DNA from: Pseudogymnoascus verrucosus
Lineage: Eukaryota
DNA length: 64,000 bases
Assembly (NCBI GenBank): GCA_001662655.1
Contig: KV460206.1
Strand: one strand, 5' to 3'
Positions within the stretch are counted from its first letter, which is position 1. Every line of letters begins with the position of its first letter. The notes below the pieces were generated by a model, which had not been told where the DNA came from, ran no database searches, and saw only the letters and a list, made by a program, of their open reading frames with translations. Below are positions 46,442 to 60,622 of this stretch, one piece after another. Position numbers and translations under genes: made by a program.

Positions 46442-47619
46442 TTATGCCGCCGCCGCCTCCTTCTTATCCCGCATGGCGCGGAAGAAGTCCATAACGCCAG
46501 TGTAGACGACGAGCAGAATACCTCCACCGGGACCCAACCTCAGAACCTTAGGCGTGAATCCCTTGTACAGCGCAGCGAAGCCCTCCTCCTTGAAAACCGT
46601 CGCAAGCGCTGGCCACGCCCAGTTGTACTTCTGGACCTGCCCAGCCACCTTGGTGGTGTTCTGAATCCTGGACTTGACGACATCCATGGGGGTGTTGAGG
46701 ATGGTACCGAAAGTTCCTCCGGTGGCACCGGACAACATGTCGTACATCATCTGCTGGTTCTTGTTGTCGGCCTTGGGGAGCAGCGCGCGCACCTGGAAGA
46801 TACAGCCGAAGTAACCGGCGTTCCAGAGGATGTGGCGCCACATGGTGCTCTCGAGGCCGTTGTACAGGGCGAGTGGGCCCTCCTGCTTCACAATCTTGGC
46901 GACACAGTCGATCATGCCGGTGTATCTGCCTGCTGATGCCTTATCCTGCAGACGGATCTTGACGAGCTCGAAAGGAACAACGACGACGGCCTCGGTGGCA
47001 CCAGCGGTGGCACCGGTGAGGATGGAGAGAGACTGGGTCATCTTGGGGATGCCAAATGCGTCACGGTAGAATTGTCCCCACTTGTCGTTGGCGGCGAATT
47101 TGGTGGCGCGCTTGGGGGCCTCCATCAGGATGGGAGCCTCGATTCCGCGGTATAGCCGTCCGAAACTGGTATGGATTAGAATCTCAAGCTGCTTTCTGCC
47201 CGTAGCTTGACTAACCCTTCATTCTTGATGATCTTGCGGAAGCAATCCAACATGCCATTGTAGGAATCTGCGCCTTTTCCAGTGCCGGTCTGCAGTTGTC
47301 TATCGCCGTATTAGCCTCACAACAATAGCTTTATATTCAAGAGAAATCGTACACTCTGGTCTTGACGACATCTAACGGGTACCTGCGTGTGAAAGTCAGC
47401 AGAGTTCAAATGCGCCGCGTCTCCCGAGTTGACTCACATAACCAAGATCTGAATTTAACCAGGGTTAGCAATTGTTCATGTTAACTTCGGGCCTGTCCTC
47501 ACCTCAGACACACCAGCCACGGCGCCTACATCCTGTTAGCAAGAGTCAATGGCATACTGGGTCTGAGGTAACATACCAGCCGCGAACTGGTAGACGAACG
47601 GCAAAGGTCTGTCAGTCAT
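46442..47619 (-). CDS. ODC1: Mitochondrial 2-oxodicarboxylate carrier; 6 exons including an 11-nt microexon
   Basis: MTDRPLPFVYQFAAGAVAGVSEILVMYPLDVVKTRVQLQ, MEAPKRATKF, three PX[DE]XX[KR]X[RK] signatures, PKVLRLGPGGG. Confidence 0.93.
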
Positions 47620-47986
47620 GATTGCTGTCGTGTGAGCTGCTACAAAGGTTAGAAAATGGTTCCAAATGGCCAGCTCCGTATGAGCATGGCTTCCAGTGAA
47701 GGGTGAGACCTACAAACCTGTTGCGGTGAAGATGGAAGAGATGAAGTTTTTCGAGACCCTGGCTGGAGCGAGAGAATCTCAAAATCCTTATCGACCACCC
47801 ACGCGCCATTCTCGACGGTCCTAGCCGATAATCGCTCTCCCCCACGTTGGAGCACTCCACCCCGGAGAGCTTAGCGCCAGGGACCCAGTCGGAGCGATAC
47901 CCGCCAACTCCGCAAATCTCCGCTTGGTGTTCTTGCTTGATGAGAGGTTTAGAGGCCCCAGTACCCCATATCACGTGCTCTCGTGG

Positions 47987-48004
47987 ACGCGACTTGGGAC
48001 GCGT
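47987..48004. promoter_or_regulatory. Paired MCB-like elements (ACGCGA, ACGCGT) upstream of DNA2
   Basis: Two ACGCG cores 12 bp apart, about 110 bp before the DNA2 ATG. Confidence 0.55.
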
Positions 48005-48109
48005 CTTCTAAACACAAGAGTAGGAACGACGTAGGTAATTGAGGGACAAGAGTGTAATTGTTACAAAACATCCCCACCACCCCTCACCCTCACCCCTCCA
48101 TACCATAAT

Positions 48110-51100
48110 ATGCCTCTTCAGAAGTCGTTCTCAGATACGAATCATTCGACAAAGGTACTTATATTCCTCCAAGGTGATTGAGAGAGTGTGGGCTAACTAG
48201 AGAAGCAACGACGACCTCAATGGCAACGAAATAAAACATTCCACGCGCCCCAGAACCGATATGATGTGAATCCCTCAGAACCAGCGCGAACGAAACCTCC
48301 GATCCCTATATCCTCGGCCACGAAAAGCAAACTCGAAGTCTTCCAATGCAACGCTCAAATCAAGAACCGTCGGTCTTCCATAGACATGTCTGGGACGGGG
48401 GCAAATCCTCTTGTCTTAGAAGAGGACAAGGAGAACACACCACTCAAAGCATCAGAGTATGGGATAAGCCCTTTATCTCGAAAAGATTTTGCGAAACCGA
48501 GTATTGAGACTCCCGCGACCCCCTCGAGCAAACTGGCGCTTCCCGAACTCATCGGCATGATGGATGTGGGGTCAATGGCACAACTACAATTAAAAACGCC
48601 AGACGAGCGTGTCATGTGGGACCAGGCCATCAACGCCGTTGATAACAATAGCACTTCTTATGTTGCACCCAGGCGGGGGGGTAGAAAGCGGCCTCGAAGT
48701 TCGTCGCCAATGTCGTCGCCAGGAAATATATCGTCGCATTTTACCGCGAATCCAGAAGCTGGTGATATTCAACAACCGGGCTCCCACGCTGCTCATGCCG
48801 GCCCGGGGTTAGACTTATGGTCTGGATATGCCATTGGGGCCGACAAATTCACCCCGAGAGGCCCCCCAAACCCACTATTTGCACACCTCATGGGCAACAG
48901 CTCGTCACCGCAAAGCGCAAATGTCAAAAATTCTGCGTCAAGGGAAGGAACGTTCAAAAGATCTATCAGCTGCGGTACACAATTTCCGAAAAGGAGGAAA
49001 GTTGGCGTTTTTGAAGATCATACAGATGTATTCACGGGGCCTATGAAAAGCGCGCTGTCCAAACCTTCACGGGTTAGTGAGTTGCTTGATGGGATAAAAG
49101 TGGCAGCAGTGAGCCCGGATAAGTTAGCGTTTTCCTCCGGCCCCTCAAGCTCGTCGCCTATCCCACGAAGTAAGACTTGGAGCGAAAGGAAGGAGATGCA
49201 TCAGGCGTCGCCTTTAGGTGCGAAAGATCGCTATGTGACCACAGATGCTGGCATTGTGGAAGGCGAAGCACCACGACTCCGATTACAGCCTGAAGAAAGG
49301 GACGATGCGACTGTGTCGCAGAAGTCGGATTCCACCTCGTCGGATTACGGAGATTTTGACGCTGATCAATTCGACGAGTCGTTCCTGGAGGTGCTTGAAT
49401 CGAATCAGACCAGCATTCAAACCTCACAATCTCCTGCAACAGGAATGTACCTCGATAGGCGACCTATAAATACCCAAGATAGCCCCGCGCCAGCTAAGAA
49501 ACCCAGCATAATGCCTCCTGCGGATGCGGAAGAGGATGATGAATTTGCAGATTCCGACGAAGAAATGTTTGCCGCAGACTTCGAGGAAATTTTATCGAAA
49601 TACGACACCCTTCCAGCTACTGCCGACGCAGGCAATCAACCTGCTTTGAAACAGGAGGAATTAGCTGAAGGGAAAGGCCCTGATGCTAAGACAGTGGCGG
49701 ATATAGCTGACTCTGATGATGAATACGGTGATGATTTAGATGACACGGACTTTGCTGTGGCGGAGGCATCGGCTACACAGGCACAGGCATTACAGAATTC
49801 AGCTAGTTGCTTTTCGAATGTACGTACTGAGTATCCATAGCCTTCTGCTCAAATTACTAAGAATATGTTTTACAGCTCAGTCAAAAGCCCAGAGTAATTC
49901 AGCGGTATCTTGTGACAAACATACTCGATGATAGCTACCAGAATTCGAGGGGGCGCCAGTGCAACGAAAAGGTTTACTAGCCCCGCCTCATGTTAAGAGC
50001 CAGCTAACAGTCACAGGTTCTTATAGTACAAGTAGAAAACACCAAGGAGTATCGAACTATTCGACTAAGAGATGGATGGATTGAAACACAGGTCACGGAG
50101 AAGGCCGCTGTTCACGTCATCGGCGATTTTGTTTCTGGTCAATGTGTTATCGACGACTCGCATAGCTTGTTGATCCTCCATCCAGATCATTTGATTTCGG
50201 CCACCGTGGTCGCCGACTCTTTTGGCTGCACGAGACGCGCCGTGTTGCAAGACCGTGTCAAAGCTACGAGTGATTCCAGTGCACCACTTGTTTATGGGAC
50301 TATTCTCCATGAAATATTCCAAGCTGCAATGATGGCCAACAGATGGGATAGCCCATGGCTCCATGATCTCATTGAGAAAACTGCGACCAGGCATCTGGAG
50401 GACCTCTATACTATAAAGATACAGATCCCCCAGGCTGTGGAATACCTGCAAAGTAAGATGGGAGAGCTACAATCTTGGGCCGAAGTTTTCGTCACTTCAA
50501 AACCACACCCGGAAGCAATCGTCAAGGCTGGCAATGGTGATACGGCCACGATGTGCGTGAGCAAACTCCTAGACGTCGAGGAACACGTGTGGTCACCAAT
50601 GTACGGACTGAAGGGAAATATTGACGCCACTGTCCAAGTGACAATGCAAGATGCGAAATCCCGCCGGACATTAACAGTTCCCTTTGAAGTTAAGACTGGC
50701 AAGAATGCCAATGCGTCTCATCGAGCACAAACTGCACTATACAATCTTCTTTTATCGGACAGATATGACATCGACATCGCATACGGCATCCTATATTATA
50801 TGGAAACTTCAGAGACAATACGAATTCCGGCCATTCGCCATGAGCTACGCCACATGATCATGCAGAGGAATGAGCTTGCCTGCTTTGTCCGTGAAAGACA
50901 TGCGCAGCTGCCGCCAATGCTCAAAAAGGAGAACCTGTGCGGTCGATGTTATGCCAAAACCACTTGCTTCATATACCATAAGCTTGCCGACGACGGAGAC
51001 GGAGAGACGAGCGGTATGAAGGACAAGTTCGACGAGGTTGTGAAACATCTCACTCCACAGCATAAAGAGTTTTTTCTCAAATGGGATGACCTTCTGACTA

Positions 51101-53271
51101 AAGAGGAGAAGGAGAGCTTGAAGTTCAGACGGGAGTTATGGACCATGCTCAGCTCCGAACGAGAGAAGCTAGGGAGATGCTTTTCAAATGTGATTATTGA
51201 ACCTGGTTCGGCATACGAAGAACAGGACAACCCTAAGATTAACCGCTTCCGATATACCTTGATCAGGCAGGATGAAGCCGCCAATACGTCTTTCCTCGAA
51301 TCTCAAATCACTATTGGCGAACCCATAGTGATCTCTGATGAGAAGGGCCATTTCGCCCTTGCTAACGGGTATGTGACACACGTCCGAAAGCATCGGATTA
51401 CTGTGGCAGTCGACAGGCGCCTACATAATGCTCGTATTCGACGTCCTGGCTTTGATGAGGCCAACAATCAGGTCTTTGCAAGTATTATGGAAGTTGCAGG
51501 CGAAGGGTCAGCACCAGAATCGACAGAAGGCAAGATAACAGAGGCACCAGTGCGATATCGACTCGATAAGGACGAATTCAGCAATGGTATGGCAACAGTC
51601 CGAAATAACATCATTCAACTCATGGCGGACGGGCCTTTTATGTCACGGCAGTTGAGAAGCTTGATCGTTGACTTAGAAGCGCCAAAATTCAAGTCACAGG
51701 CCACCAACTACGTGCTGAAAGATAGGGAAAGTATCAACATTGATCAGAGAAGAGCTATTGACAAGGTCATGAGCGCGCAAACTTATGCGCTCGTACTCGG
51801 CATGCCTGGCACAGGAAAGACGACCACCATAGCTCATATCATCCGGGCATTGGTATCTCAGGGGAAGAGCGTTTTACTTGCATCCTACACGCATACTGCT
51901 GTGGATAACATCCTTCTCAAACTTCGCGATGACAAGATCCCTATTCTCCGCCTTGGAGCTGCGGCGAAAATTAACGCGGAGGTTCAAGAATTCGCTGAGC
52001 TAGCCGCAAAACCTAGATCGTCATTTGAGGAATTGGGGCGTCTGTGGCATGATACTCCAGTAGTTGCGACAACTTGCCTTGGAGTCAACCATGCCATCTT
52101 CAGCGAACGCACTTTCGATTACTGCATCGTGGACGAGGCATCGCAGATCACCCTTCCCGTTTGCCTTGGCCCAATCCGCATGGCTCGGACTTTCGTTCTT
52201 GTTGGCGACCACAACCAACTACCTCCTCTCGTGCAAAACGAAGCAGCACGTACAGGCGGACTAGATGTAAGCCTTTTCAAGCTACTTTCCGACGCTCATC
52301 CTGCCGCCGTTGTGAACCTCGAGCACCAATACCGCATGTGTGCGGAAGTCATGGCCCTCTCCAATGAGCTCATCTACTCCGGTCGACTCAAATGCGGCAC
52401 CCCAGAGATTGCGGCTCGCAGTATCAGCATCCCCAATATGGCAAACCTCCAAACGCACCATTTCTCCTCGTCGACGATGTCACGCGCGGGGAAGACCATC
52501 TGCGCTGCTCCTGCAAAGGGTCAGTGCTGGATTCGCGATCTGTTGGATCCGGCAACGAAGGCCTGCTTCGTTAATACAGATACCCTGGTTCCTCGACCCC
52601 GTGAAGAGGCCAAGGGTAATCGTATCGTCAATCCTACAGAAGCCACGATCTGCTCGCAGCTCGTGCAGGCTCTACTCAGTGTCGGAGTTCCAGGCACTGA
52701 AATAGGGGTCATGACGCATTATCGATCGCAGCTCGCTTTGTTGAAGCACAACCTGCGCTCACACCAGGAAGTCGAGATGCACACCTGCGATCGCTTCCAG
52801 GGCCGCGACAAGGAGGTGGTAGTGATAAGCTTAGTACGAAGCAACGAGGCAGGTGGGATTGGAGAGCTCCTACGCGACTGGCGGCGAATCAATGTCGCGT
52901 TCACGCGTGCGAAAACGAAGCTACTGGTTGTAGGAAGCGGATCGACGCTTAAGGGTGGAGAAGGAGGGGCGGAGGAGATGGTTGGACAGTTTGTGAGGCT
53001 TATGGAGAGGAAAGCTTGGGTATATGACCTCCCGGGAGGTGCATTGGATAGCCACTGTTTTGACGATGCGGCGACGCAGGCGAGCGGCAGTGCTGCGGCG
53101 ACTCCGGAAAAGGGGGGGTGGAAGCAACTTGATTTGAAAGCGGCGAGGATGCCGGGGCGTGCAATAGGGAATGAGAACTTTAAGGGGCCAAAGAAGGCGG
53201 TGATTAATGAGCGGGCGTTATTTGCTGGGAAGCCGGTGTTGAGGGATATTATGAATGAGGCTCGTCAATGA
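48110..53271 (+). CDS. DNA2: DNA replication nuclease/helicase Dna2; introns about 48155-48205, 49820-49875, 49972-50016
   Basis: LILHPD, C.RRAVL, KGNIDA/EVKTG nuclease motifs, Fe-S Cys cluster CGRCYAKTTC, Walker A GMPGTGKTT, DEASQ, GDHNQLPP, FQGRD, RRINVAFTRA. Confidence 0.96.
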
Positions 53272-53442
53272 TAGTCAGTGGAGGGGACTGGGTGTTGTTG
53301 GATATGATTAGGTAGAATAAGTTTGAATACAGTATGACAACATATATGACATGACAACTCCGATTATGGATATTCTATGGTGCCAGTTGTGAAATTGTGT
53401 AATTCAAGATATTGTACAGTAGATTTTAAACTCGTATCGATC

Positions 53443-54494
53443 TTATTTCTTTCCATCCAGACCAACGTGGAAGTTATATCCAAACGACCCAGATGGGTCA
53501 TTGAATCTCAACTTCTTATCCAGTCCGTCAATCTTCTTAACATCCTCATCTTTAAGCTTAAAGTCTCCCTCCAAATTATCTCTAATCCGCTGAGGAGTCT
53601 TGCTCTTTGGCACCACACACCTGCCATGAGCAACACCCCAGGCGAGGGCAACTTGTGCACCGCTCTTTCCATACTTCTTACCAATCTCCACAAGGACAGG
53701 CTCCTCCTACACTGTATTAGTAACACATCATTAATAATAAAGGCAGCATGTTTCCTTACCGTCAGCTTGCCCAAGTTCTTCCCAGCATCGTAGGTCTGGT
53801 TGAGGTTCCCAAAGGGCGAGTACTGCGTCATATGAATACCCTTCATCTTGTGCCACTCCGCGAACTCAGTCTGCTGCAACCACGGATGCATCTCCACCTG
53901 ATGCATAGCCGGTGGTACCTTCCCCTCCTTGTAAATCCTCTCGATTTCAGCCTTATTGAAGTTGCACACTCCAATGGCCTTCACCTTTCCCGTGTCAAGG
54001 AGCTTCTCCATCGCCTTCCACGTATCGAGGTAATCGATCTTCGCCGTCTCCATCTTGCCATTCGCATCCTTAGGCATCAGTTCAGAGCCGGATTTGAAGG
54101 CCCCAGGCCAATGCATCAAGTAGAGATCGACGTAGTCGGTCTGCAGAGCTTTGAGGGAGTCATTGAGAGCTGGTTCGACATCCTCTGGTGCGTGGGCGTT
54201 GTTCCAGAGCTTGGTGGTTATGAAGAGGGTTTTGCGGTCTACCCCGGATCTTTTGATGGCTTTTGCAACTGCAGGTTCCGTGCCGTAGATGTGTGCCGTG
54301 TCAATGTGTTTGTACTATTATAGAAAAAAATGTTAGAACTTGCCCTTGCTCTAGAGGAAACCAAGGATGGTAAAACTTACGCCAGCTTTCAGTGCCTCAA
54401 GAACGGCATCCTCCTGCTCTTCTTTGTCCTGCCAAGTGCCAAAGCCAATGGCTGGGATGGAGGCACCAGTGTTCAATTTTTGAATAGTCGGCAT
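53443..54494 (-). CDS. Aldo-keto reductase (GCY1/Gld-like NADP-dependent); introns 54315-54380 and 53707-53759
   Basis: LNTGASIPAIGFGTWQ, GYKHIDTA.IYG, FITTKLW, YVDLYLMHWP, AIGVCNF, QVEMHPW, VVPKS. Confidence 0.93.
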
Positions 54495-55378
54495 CTTTCA
54501 AGCTGTATGGTAGGTAATTATGTTGACGAGATCGAGTAGGCGCAGATGTGCAAACTATATGCTATGAACTATGTGATGACGAAATCATTTTATGCTACCC
54601 TCGAGAGCTCACATCGGATCTATGTGGGTAAAACATGATAGTTACTTGTGACGTTGGTGGCCACTTCGGTCACTTGTCGTTCGGGATCGGTGTTGTTTCT
54701 CATACGTCACAATGAATAATATCGTCATTCAGCTCCAGTTCTTTCCCCACAGAGGAAACTACCGCGTTAGGCCCCGGCACTTGCAAACATCAGAATTAAT
54801 AATAAATTGCTCTAGTTTAGGAGAGACTGGAGTTATATGATAGTAGTTGTGTGTGGGGTGGAGTAAAATCGGTGCTTGTGGGGTTTAAGTTTTTTATTTG
54901 GCATCTTGTGAATTTTATTCACGATAAGCTATTATCCAAAATATACTTAAAAGTAGACAGCGGGAGGTCCCCTTATTATGCTAGAGAGAGAATAATAATA
55001 TTTAATACTATACAATTAAATTTCATCTAAATAATGCCTACATAGCCAATCACTAGAGAGCTTGGTCAGGGTCCACACGTATATATATCACCTGAAGCAA
55101 ACAGAACAATACTACAGCACGGCACATTGAAGTAGAAGTATGGAACCTGGTTGACTTTCTATATGCCTTGGCCAGTGATAAACACTCAACATATGAAGCT
55201 ATTCCTCGTCCCATCGCGGCATCATGTATGATTCGCCGCGCCTAATTATCCCATATTGAAAAACGCCTACAGTGCAGCATCCCCCTTACACTCGCCATCA
55301 GCCCATTTGTTGAGAAACCAGACATCATATCTTCATCAGTTCACCTCGGGATTTTATCCCGTCACAAAGGTGAACATT

Positions 55379-56708
55379 TCATGCCATGCCATTCACAGGC
55401 CCGCCCGCAACAGAACCGTTCGCGACACCCTCTGGCTCAAAGTCCTCCTCATATTCGGTGTCCAGTTCATCCCTCTCATCATCCACAAATCCACTGTCAA
55501 CCTTCAAATGCCTCAGCCGCCTCCTCATATCTTCCCGTTGCCCATTCTGCCACCTAATCAGCGCTGCAGGCGCGTGAACCTTGAATCCATAGATCCTAGG
55601 ACTGTAGCGTTCGTAGCTCTTGGCGGGCATCAGCGCTGGGTACACCTGGAACAGGATGTTGTGGAAGCTGGTCCCGAAGTACGCGCCATCGATGGCGGCG
55701 TGACGCGAAGACTTTGGGTTATAGATATCTTCGCACTTGGAGCAGTAGAGCTTCACGGCTTTGATGTTGGGGTTGTCCGACTGGCCCATGGGAAGGAGGG
55801 GTTGTGATTTGCACATGACGCGTGGACATTTGCCAAAGTCGTTCTTCTTATACTTGTCCAGCTGATGAAGTGTCAGTCAATATATCCATATACATAGTTC
55901 CAGGAGGGGACCCCTACCATCTTTGCCAGTCCTCGGGTCGTTACAATGTATCTTGCGTGCACGAGACCGTATAAGTGCCTGGCAGACTTCTCAATCGTCT
56001 CCCTCATATCATCGTCGCAATCCAGATCGAAGACATCAGTGACCAGATCGAGCGCATACTGATAGTATTGCACTTCCGTACTAAGCCCCGTCAAGTTGAA
56101 CCGATCCGTCAAGTACTCCTCGTCGATCTCGCAGAAATACTCATTACCCCGCGATGAGATGAACTGTAGAGAGAAGAAGTCAGCCATTGCATCTTGAATT
56201 TGACAATACAACTAAGATGTGAACCATATCGCTCCATATGTGTGGAAGCCAACCACACCGCGGTGGCTTTACACGGTCCGACGAGTGATCGGGCGACGAT
56301 GGGACAAACTTCGGGGCGGCTGGTGGGAGTTCTTTTCTCTCGCGCCCAAAAAGCTTGCGTCTGAGCCTAAGACGATCTGGGGAAATAGTTTGCATTTCGT
56401 CGGGGCCGGTGGAGCAAGGCTATTCTTTGAAGTCTTCTATTTATGCCTGTAGCGTGCACGTTGGACGGGGCGCAAGTTCTTCAAAGCTGCGGAAAGACAG
56501 CCTTCCGTGGCCGATCGGCGCGAGACAATGATCGAATTGTGCGCCCCTCCCATCGCGCTTTCCCATCGCCCAAATAAGCAGCAGCGCGCCTGCCATCGCA
56601 CTTGCTCAAGGCAGAGGTTATAAACAGAAGGAACGATCATGATAGACCTACCCAGTCTCTCCAGTAACTAGTGTAATCGCTATCGGTTTCGCTGTTGAAG
56701 TCGTCCAT
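55379..56708 (-). CDS. CKB2: Casein kinase II regulatory beta subunit; introns 56164-56651 and 55863-55917
   Basis: MDDFNSETDSDYTSYWRDW|FISSRGNEYFCEIDEEYLTDRFNLTGL, LYGLVHARYI, zinc finger CPRVMC...YCSKC, IDGAYFGTSF, PRIYGFK. Paralog assignment (CKB1 vs CKB2) is tentative. Confidence 0.92.
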
Positions 56709-57124
56709 TTCGTGGGCCTGTTGGACAGGCAGTCGCGACTGAGTCTGCTGGCGCTTCCTGCGCTCCGCCGGGTGTTGCGAAAGAGCAGAGGTGTTGATAC
56801 GGAAGGCTGCGTCGTTACGTGGATCCCGCTTTGGTTGAGGAAGCTGCGTCCTTGTGCGTTGGTGGGGGAAAGCGGGCGCCGCTTGTGATAATCTGATCTG
56901 ATGTCAACACCCCTGTCGCGATTAAACCCAAAAGCGCGCTACAGCCGATTCCGACAATTTCTACTACAACAATACTCCACAAGTCACCTTTATTAAATGT
57001 TTTGCAACAAAAGCATCTCGATATTCTTTGATTTTTGGTAAGGTCATTATTTTTGTAAATATTCTTTAATCCCTCGGTCATAATATTCTGCCAATACATA
57101 GTCTATTCTATATACAAACAAAAA

Positions 57125-60100
57125 CTATGGAAATGAGAAGTAGTCTGGCTTGCTCGGGTCTTGGCGTAATCCTCCATCACTACTATTATTCGACAGTTGT
57201 CCCGGACTTATAGTACCACTGCTAGATCGGTCCGAACCATCATATATCCCTAGGCCCGCCGGCAAACTGTGCCTGCCCCTGCCCGACCGCCGTGGCGGTT
57301 TCAGGGTGGTGCCTTGTAAAAGGGAGCCCACGCGCTCAACATCTGTCGTGGGGCTCCGCATATCAACCAGCTCCAGTGCCTCTCTCAAAGTCGCACCGCT
57401 TTCATCCAAGGCCGTTAGGAAGCGTGCCAGCTCTTTGCACAGATCCCAGTCACCTTCGTCTCTGGCTCTACCAAGTAATCGAACAAGCTGCTCGGAGCTT
57501 GAGGACAGCTCTTCAAAGGTATGTAAGACTAGCAGATATCCTCCTGCTGTCTTCAAAGAACCCTGCTGCAAAGACTCCTCGAAAAGGGTTGCGGGAGGCG
57601 GTAGGTATGCAAATAGTGTTCGCCAGGATCGCACTTCCGTCTTCCTCGTGCACTGCACAATAATATCTAGATATTGCGGGAATGAGGATAGGAATGAAAC
57701 CACACCAGGTAGCAGCGCTTGATCAGGGCGGGGTGGGTTATCGACTTCATCGTCCAGCACATCGTGTAGTAAGACTTCCAAGGCGTGAGGAAAATATTCA
57801 AGATGTCGATACTGATGGGCGAGGTGAAGCGCCGCCGTCGAATCATATCGAGATAAGTGAAATTTGAGCACTGGAGGTATGAATAAATGTGTCTAGTAGA
57901 CAGTTAGTACTTGCAACTAGGCCGTCACGGGATATATCATACCCTTATTGCGAAACGGAAGAAGGCGAAGTTGATGTCTCTACGTTGCACCAACTCGGGC
58001 TCAACGCCTATTAATATCCCCTTGTTTAGTGAGATAGACAAGGGGTAAAAATCCGTGGCAAAGTGAACCGTTGAGGGGAGTTCTCGGGCCAAATCAGAAG
58101 GCGCCGACCGCAACACATCTTGGACATCAGGCCATGCCTTGATTTCTTGTCCATCAAACATCCATAGAGAATCCTTCAGACCTTGAGGTTCGAAACCATT
58201 CATAGATGTACCCGTATGTGGAGACCCTGATGTTGCCACACCCTGAGACTTCTCGTCCGGCAAATCTCTCGTAAGGGCAAAATATTCGATATTATGAGCA
58301 ATAACTCGCATATCATATTTCAATTGCCCCTCTTCGTTAAATGATGGCTGTAGAAGTACCAGCTTCCCATCCACTAGAAACACCACAGTAGCAGTTGCCA
58401 CATCCTGAGCTGGGTCGCCTTCATTCATTTGTTTGTCAGGCAAGATCCAACTGAGTCCCCTGACCCGAGCTGGTGATCTGACAATTCCATGGAAAGCAAT
58501 CTGGCCAACCTGGACAAGTTTGATCGTCCCATCAACAGGTGTAAAAATATAGTGGTAGAGTAAGTTGTCATATGTGTAGACAAGCAATGAATCCTCCCCG
58601 GAAGGAGACACGAGTACAATTGGCGCTGGTAGGCGGACTGCGTGTTTCACAGAAGAGCTTCCAAGAGGTGCGTCTCGAGGGTATAGTCTCACCTCGTAAG
58701 AATCACCAGCCTCAACGGCTGCAACGAGAATATGCTGATACCAGCACATACCCCCGCGAACCACAAAACTATTTTCCTCGTTCCCGTCATCAAATGTTTT
58801 CCATCGGCTACTGGATATGCTATAGTGTGCGAGACCTCGTCGACCAGCGACTGCCACATATCTCCCGTCAAGCGATATCACCGAGCACCGGATTGGCCAT
58901 TGATCAGTGAGATAGTTCGTAGGAATCTGGGCATGGTGCCACAAAGATGACTCTGCAGATATCGTAGTAAGATCAGGTAAATCATAACCTCGGTACACCA
59001 TTATCGAGTCCCTAGTCTGAAGCATTGTTCGTGATATGTTGGATGCAGTAAAGCATCCAGTAATCGAACTGCGTGACATTTCCAAGATCCAAAGTCTGTC
59101 GTCGTTCGGCCCAACGAGAAGTATCTCGGAACCGCCAGGGAGCCATGTCCCTTTGCTAACTCCATAGAGCCATCCCTCATCGCCGTTTTTGTTGGCCCCT
59201 CGGTTGGCAGCGAAGCTTGTGCTTTGAGGTTTACCGAACACGCTCCAGGATGCCCAGCCTTCTTCAAAGCCGGCGAAGAGGCAATATCCATCCGGAGAGT
59301 ATGCCAAGAAAGTTATCTTCCCTGAAGTAGCACTTGATACTGAAGCCCTTTGAGTGTGAGATAGGGGTATGTTTCCAGCGTAATCTTTTGCAGCGTAGAC
59401 ATCAATGCTACAGTCCGCACGCGCAACAGCAATCAAAGAAAATCTGGCATTTATAGCCACCTTTGTGGCGTGAGTGGTTTCACTCTTTGGGTCATGGAAG
59501 CAATATCCCTTAAAGAGCTTGCTTGTGCTGGTAGACTTCTTTGGCGGATTGCTTGTGTCTTGTGGTTCTGCTTTCATGGCGTCCCTCGATTCGACAAGTC
59601 GTTGCACTGCAAAGGCCTTCCCGTCACTAGTTATCCATGCCGACAAATTCATCGGGCGATCATAAATCATGTCCAAAACGGTGACTTTTTTGGGCAGCCA
59701 TGCCATCTTACTCAGAAGCTCGGTACTGGTTTGGTTACCAGTGCTATCCGGAGCCCATCTTATACACTGCACTGCAGGTGGCTTGGTGGTTGCAACAACC
59801 AGTTCTTCGTCGAGCGCCAGAGCTCTCTCAATGCCCGCATCAACCTTAATCACCATCCGAAATCGAACACTGACTTCACGCACTCCGCCACCCTCGCCGG
59901 GGCCCCATAGTATTCTATCGCTTTGGTTTCTAGCGCCAGTAAAGTTGCTTTGTCTTCTGGTGTTCACACTGGAATTTTCAGGGAAATGCGGCCTATAAGC
60001 GCGAGTATCTGGGTCGGTTGCCAATGAATAGGTGATAAGGTAGCCTAGGGTTGTTTGAACAACGAATATGGCTGAGTCGGGGCGTATGAGGAGAGAGACA

Positions 60101-60622
60101 TTCGGTCCATAAGTTTCGAGGGAACCAGGCGAGCGTACAACAACCGCCAGTATTGCTGTTGGCTATTTATTATTAGCAAATGGACATTTCAACAAGTCAG
60201 GGAAGCAAGAAGTTGAATACCTTTGTTTGCCATATTGTCATTGAAGTTGCTGTAATAACTGCAAACAGGTGCCCTGTCCGAGACATTTGAAGTCCCAATA
60301 TGGGCTGCCTCCCTGCTTCTCGAATCGAATCATTGTGTCCATATTCCAAATCGTCAAGAGACGTGGCTGGTGGCCGGCGATGGGCATCGAGTTCCACAGG
60401 TTGAATAGCGGGGGTGCGAGGAGTGGTTGGAGTCAAATGCCCAGAGAGCAACTCCTCGTCATCCTGGGCAGTGTCTGAAGCTGCGCTTGAGGCATTGAGA
60501 TATGAGGTGCTCTGGGGAGCACTGTGAGGCCCTACATCATCATTGGAGTGATAGATGCGGCCTTTCGAGGTGGAGCTATTGGAAGCGGCGTATATCCGGG
60601 GAGCTCCAACGGGCCAGTACAT
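57125..60622 (-). CDS. RIC1: RIC1 subunit of the Ric1-Rgp1 GEF for Ypt6/Rab6; introns 60163-60220 and 57893-57942
   Basis: MYWPVGAP start, NWP/QWPIR...GRYVAVAGRRGLAHYS...WK.F, DFYPLS, YFPHALEVLLH, CTRKTEV..W..LF, WDLCKELARFL. Confidence 0.92.
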
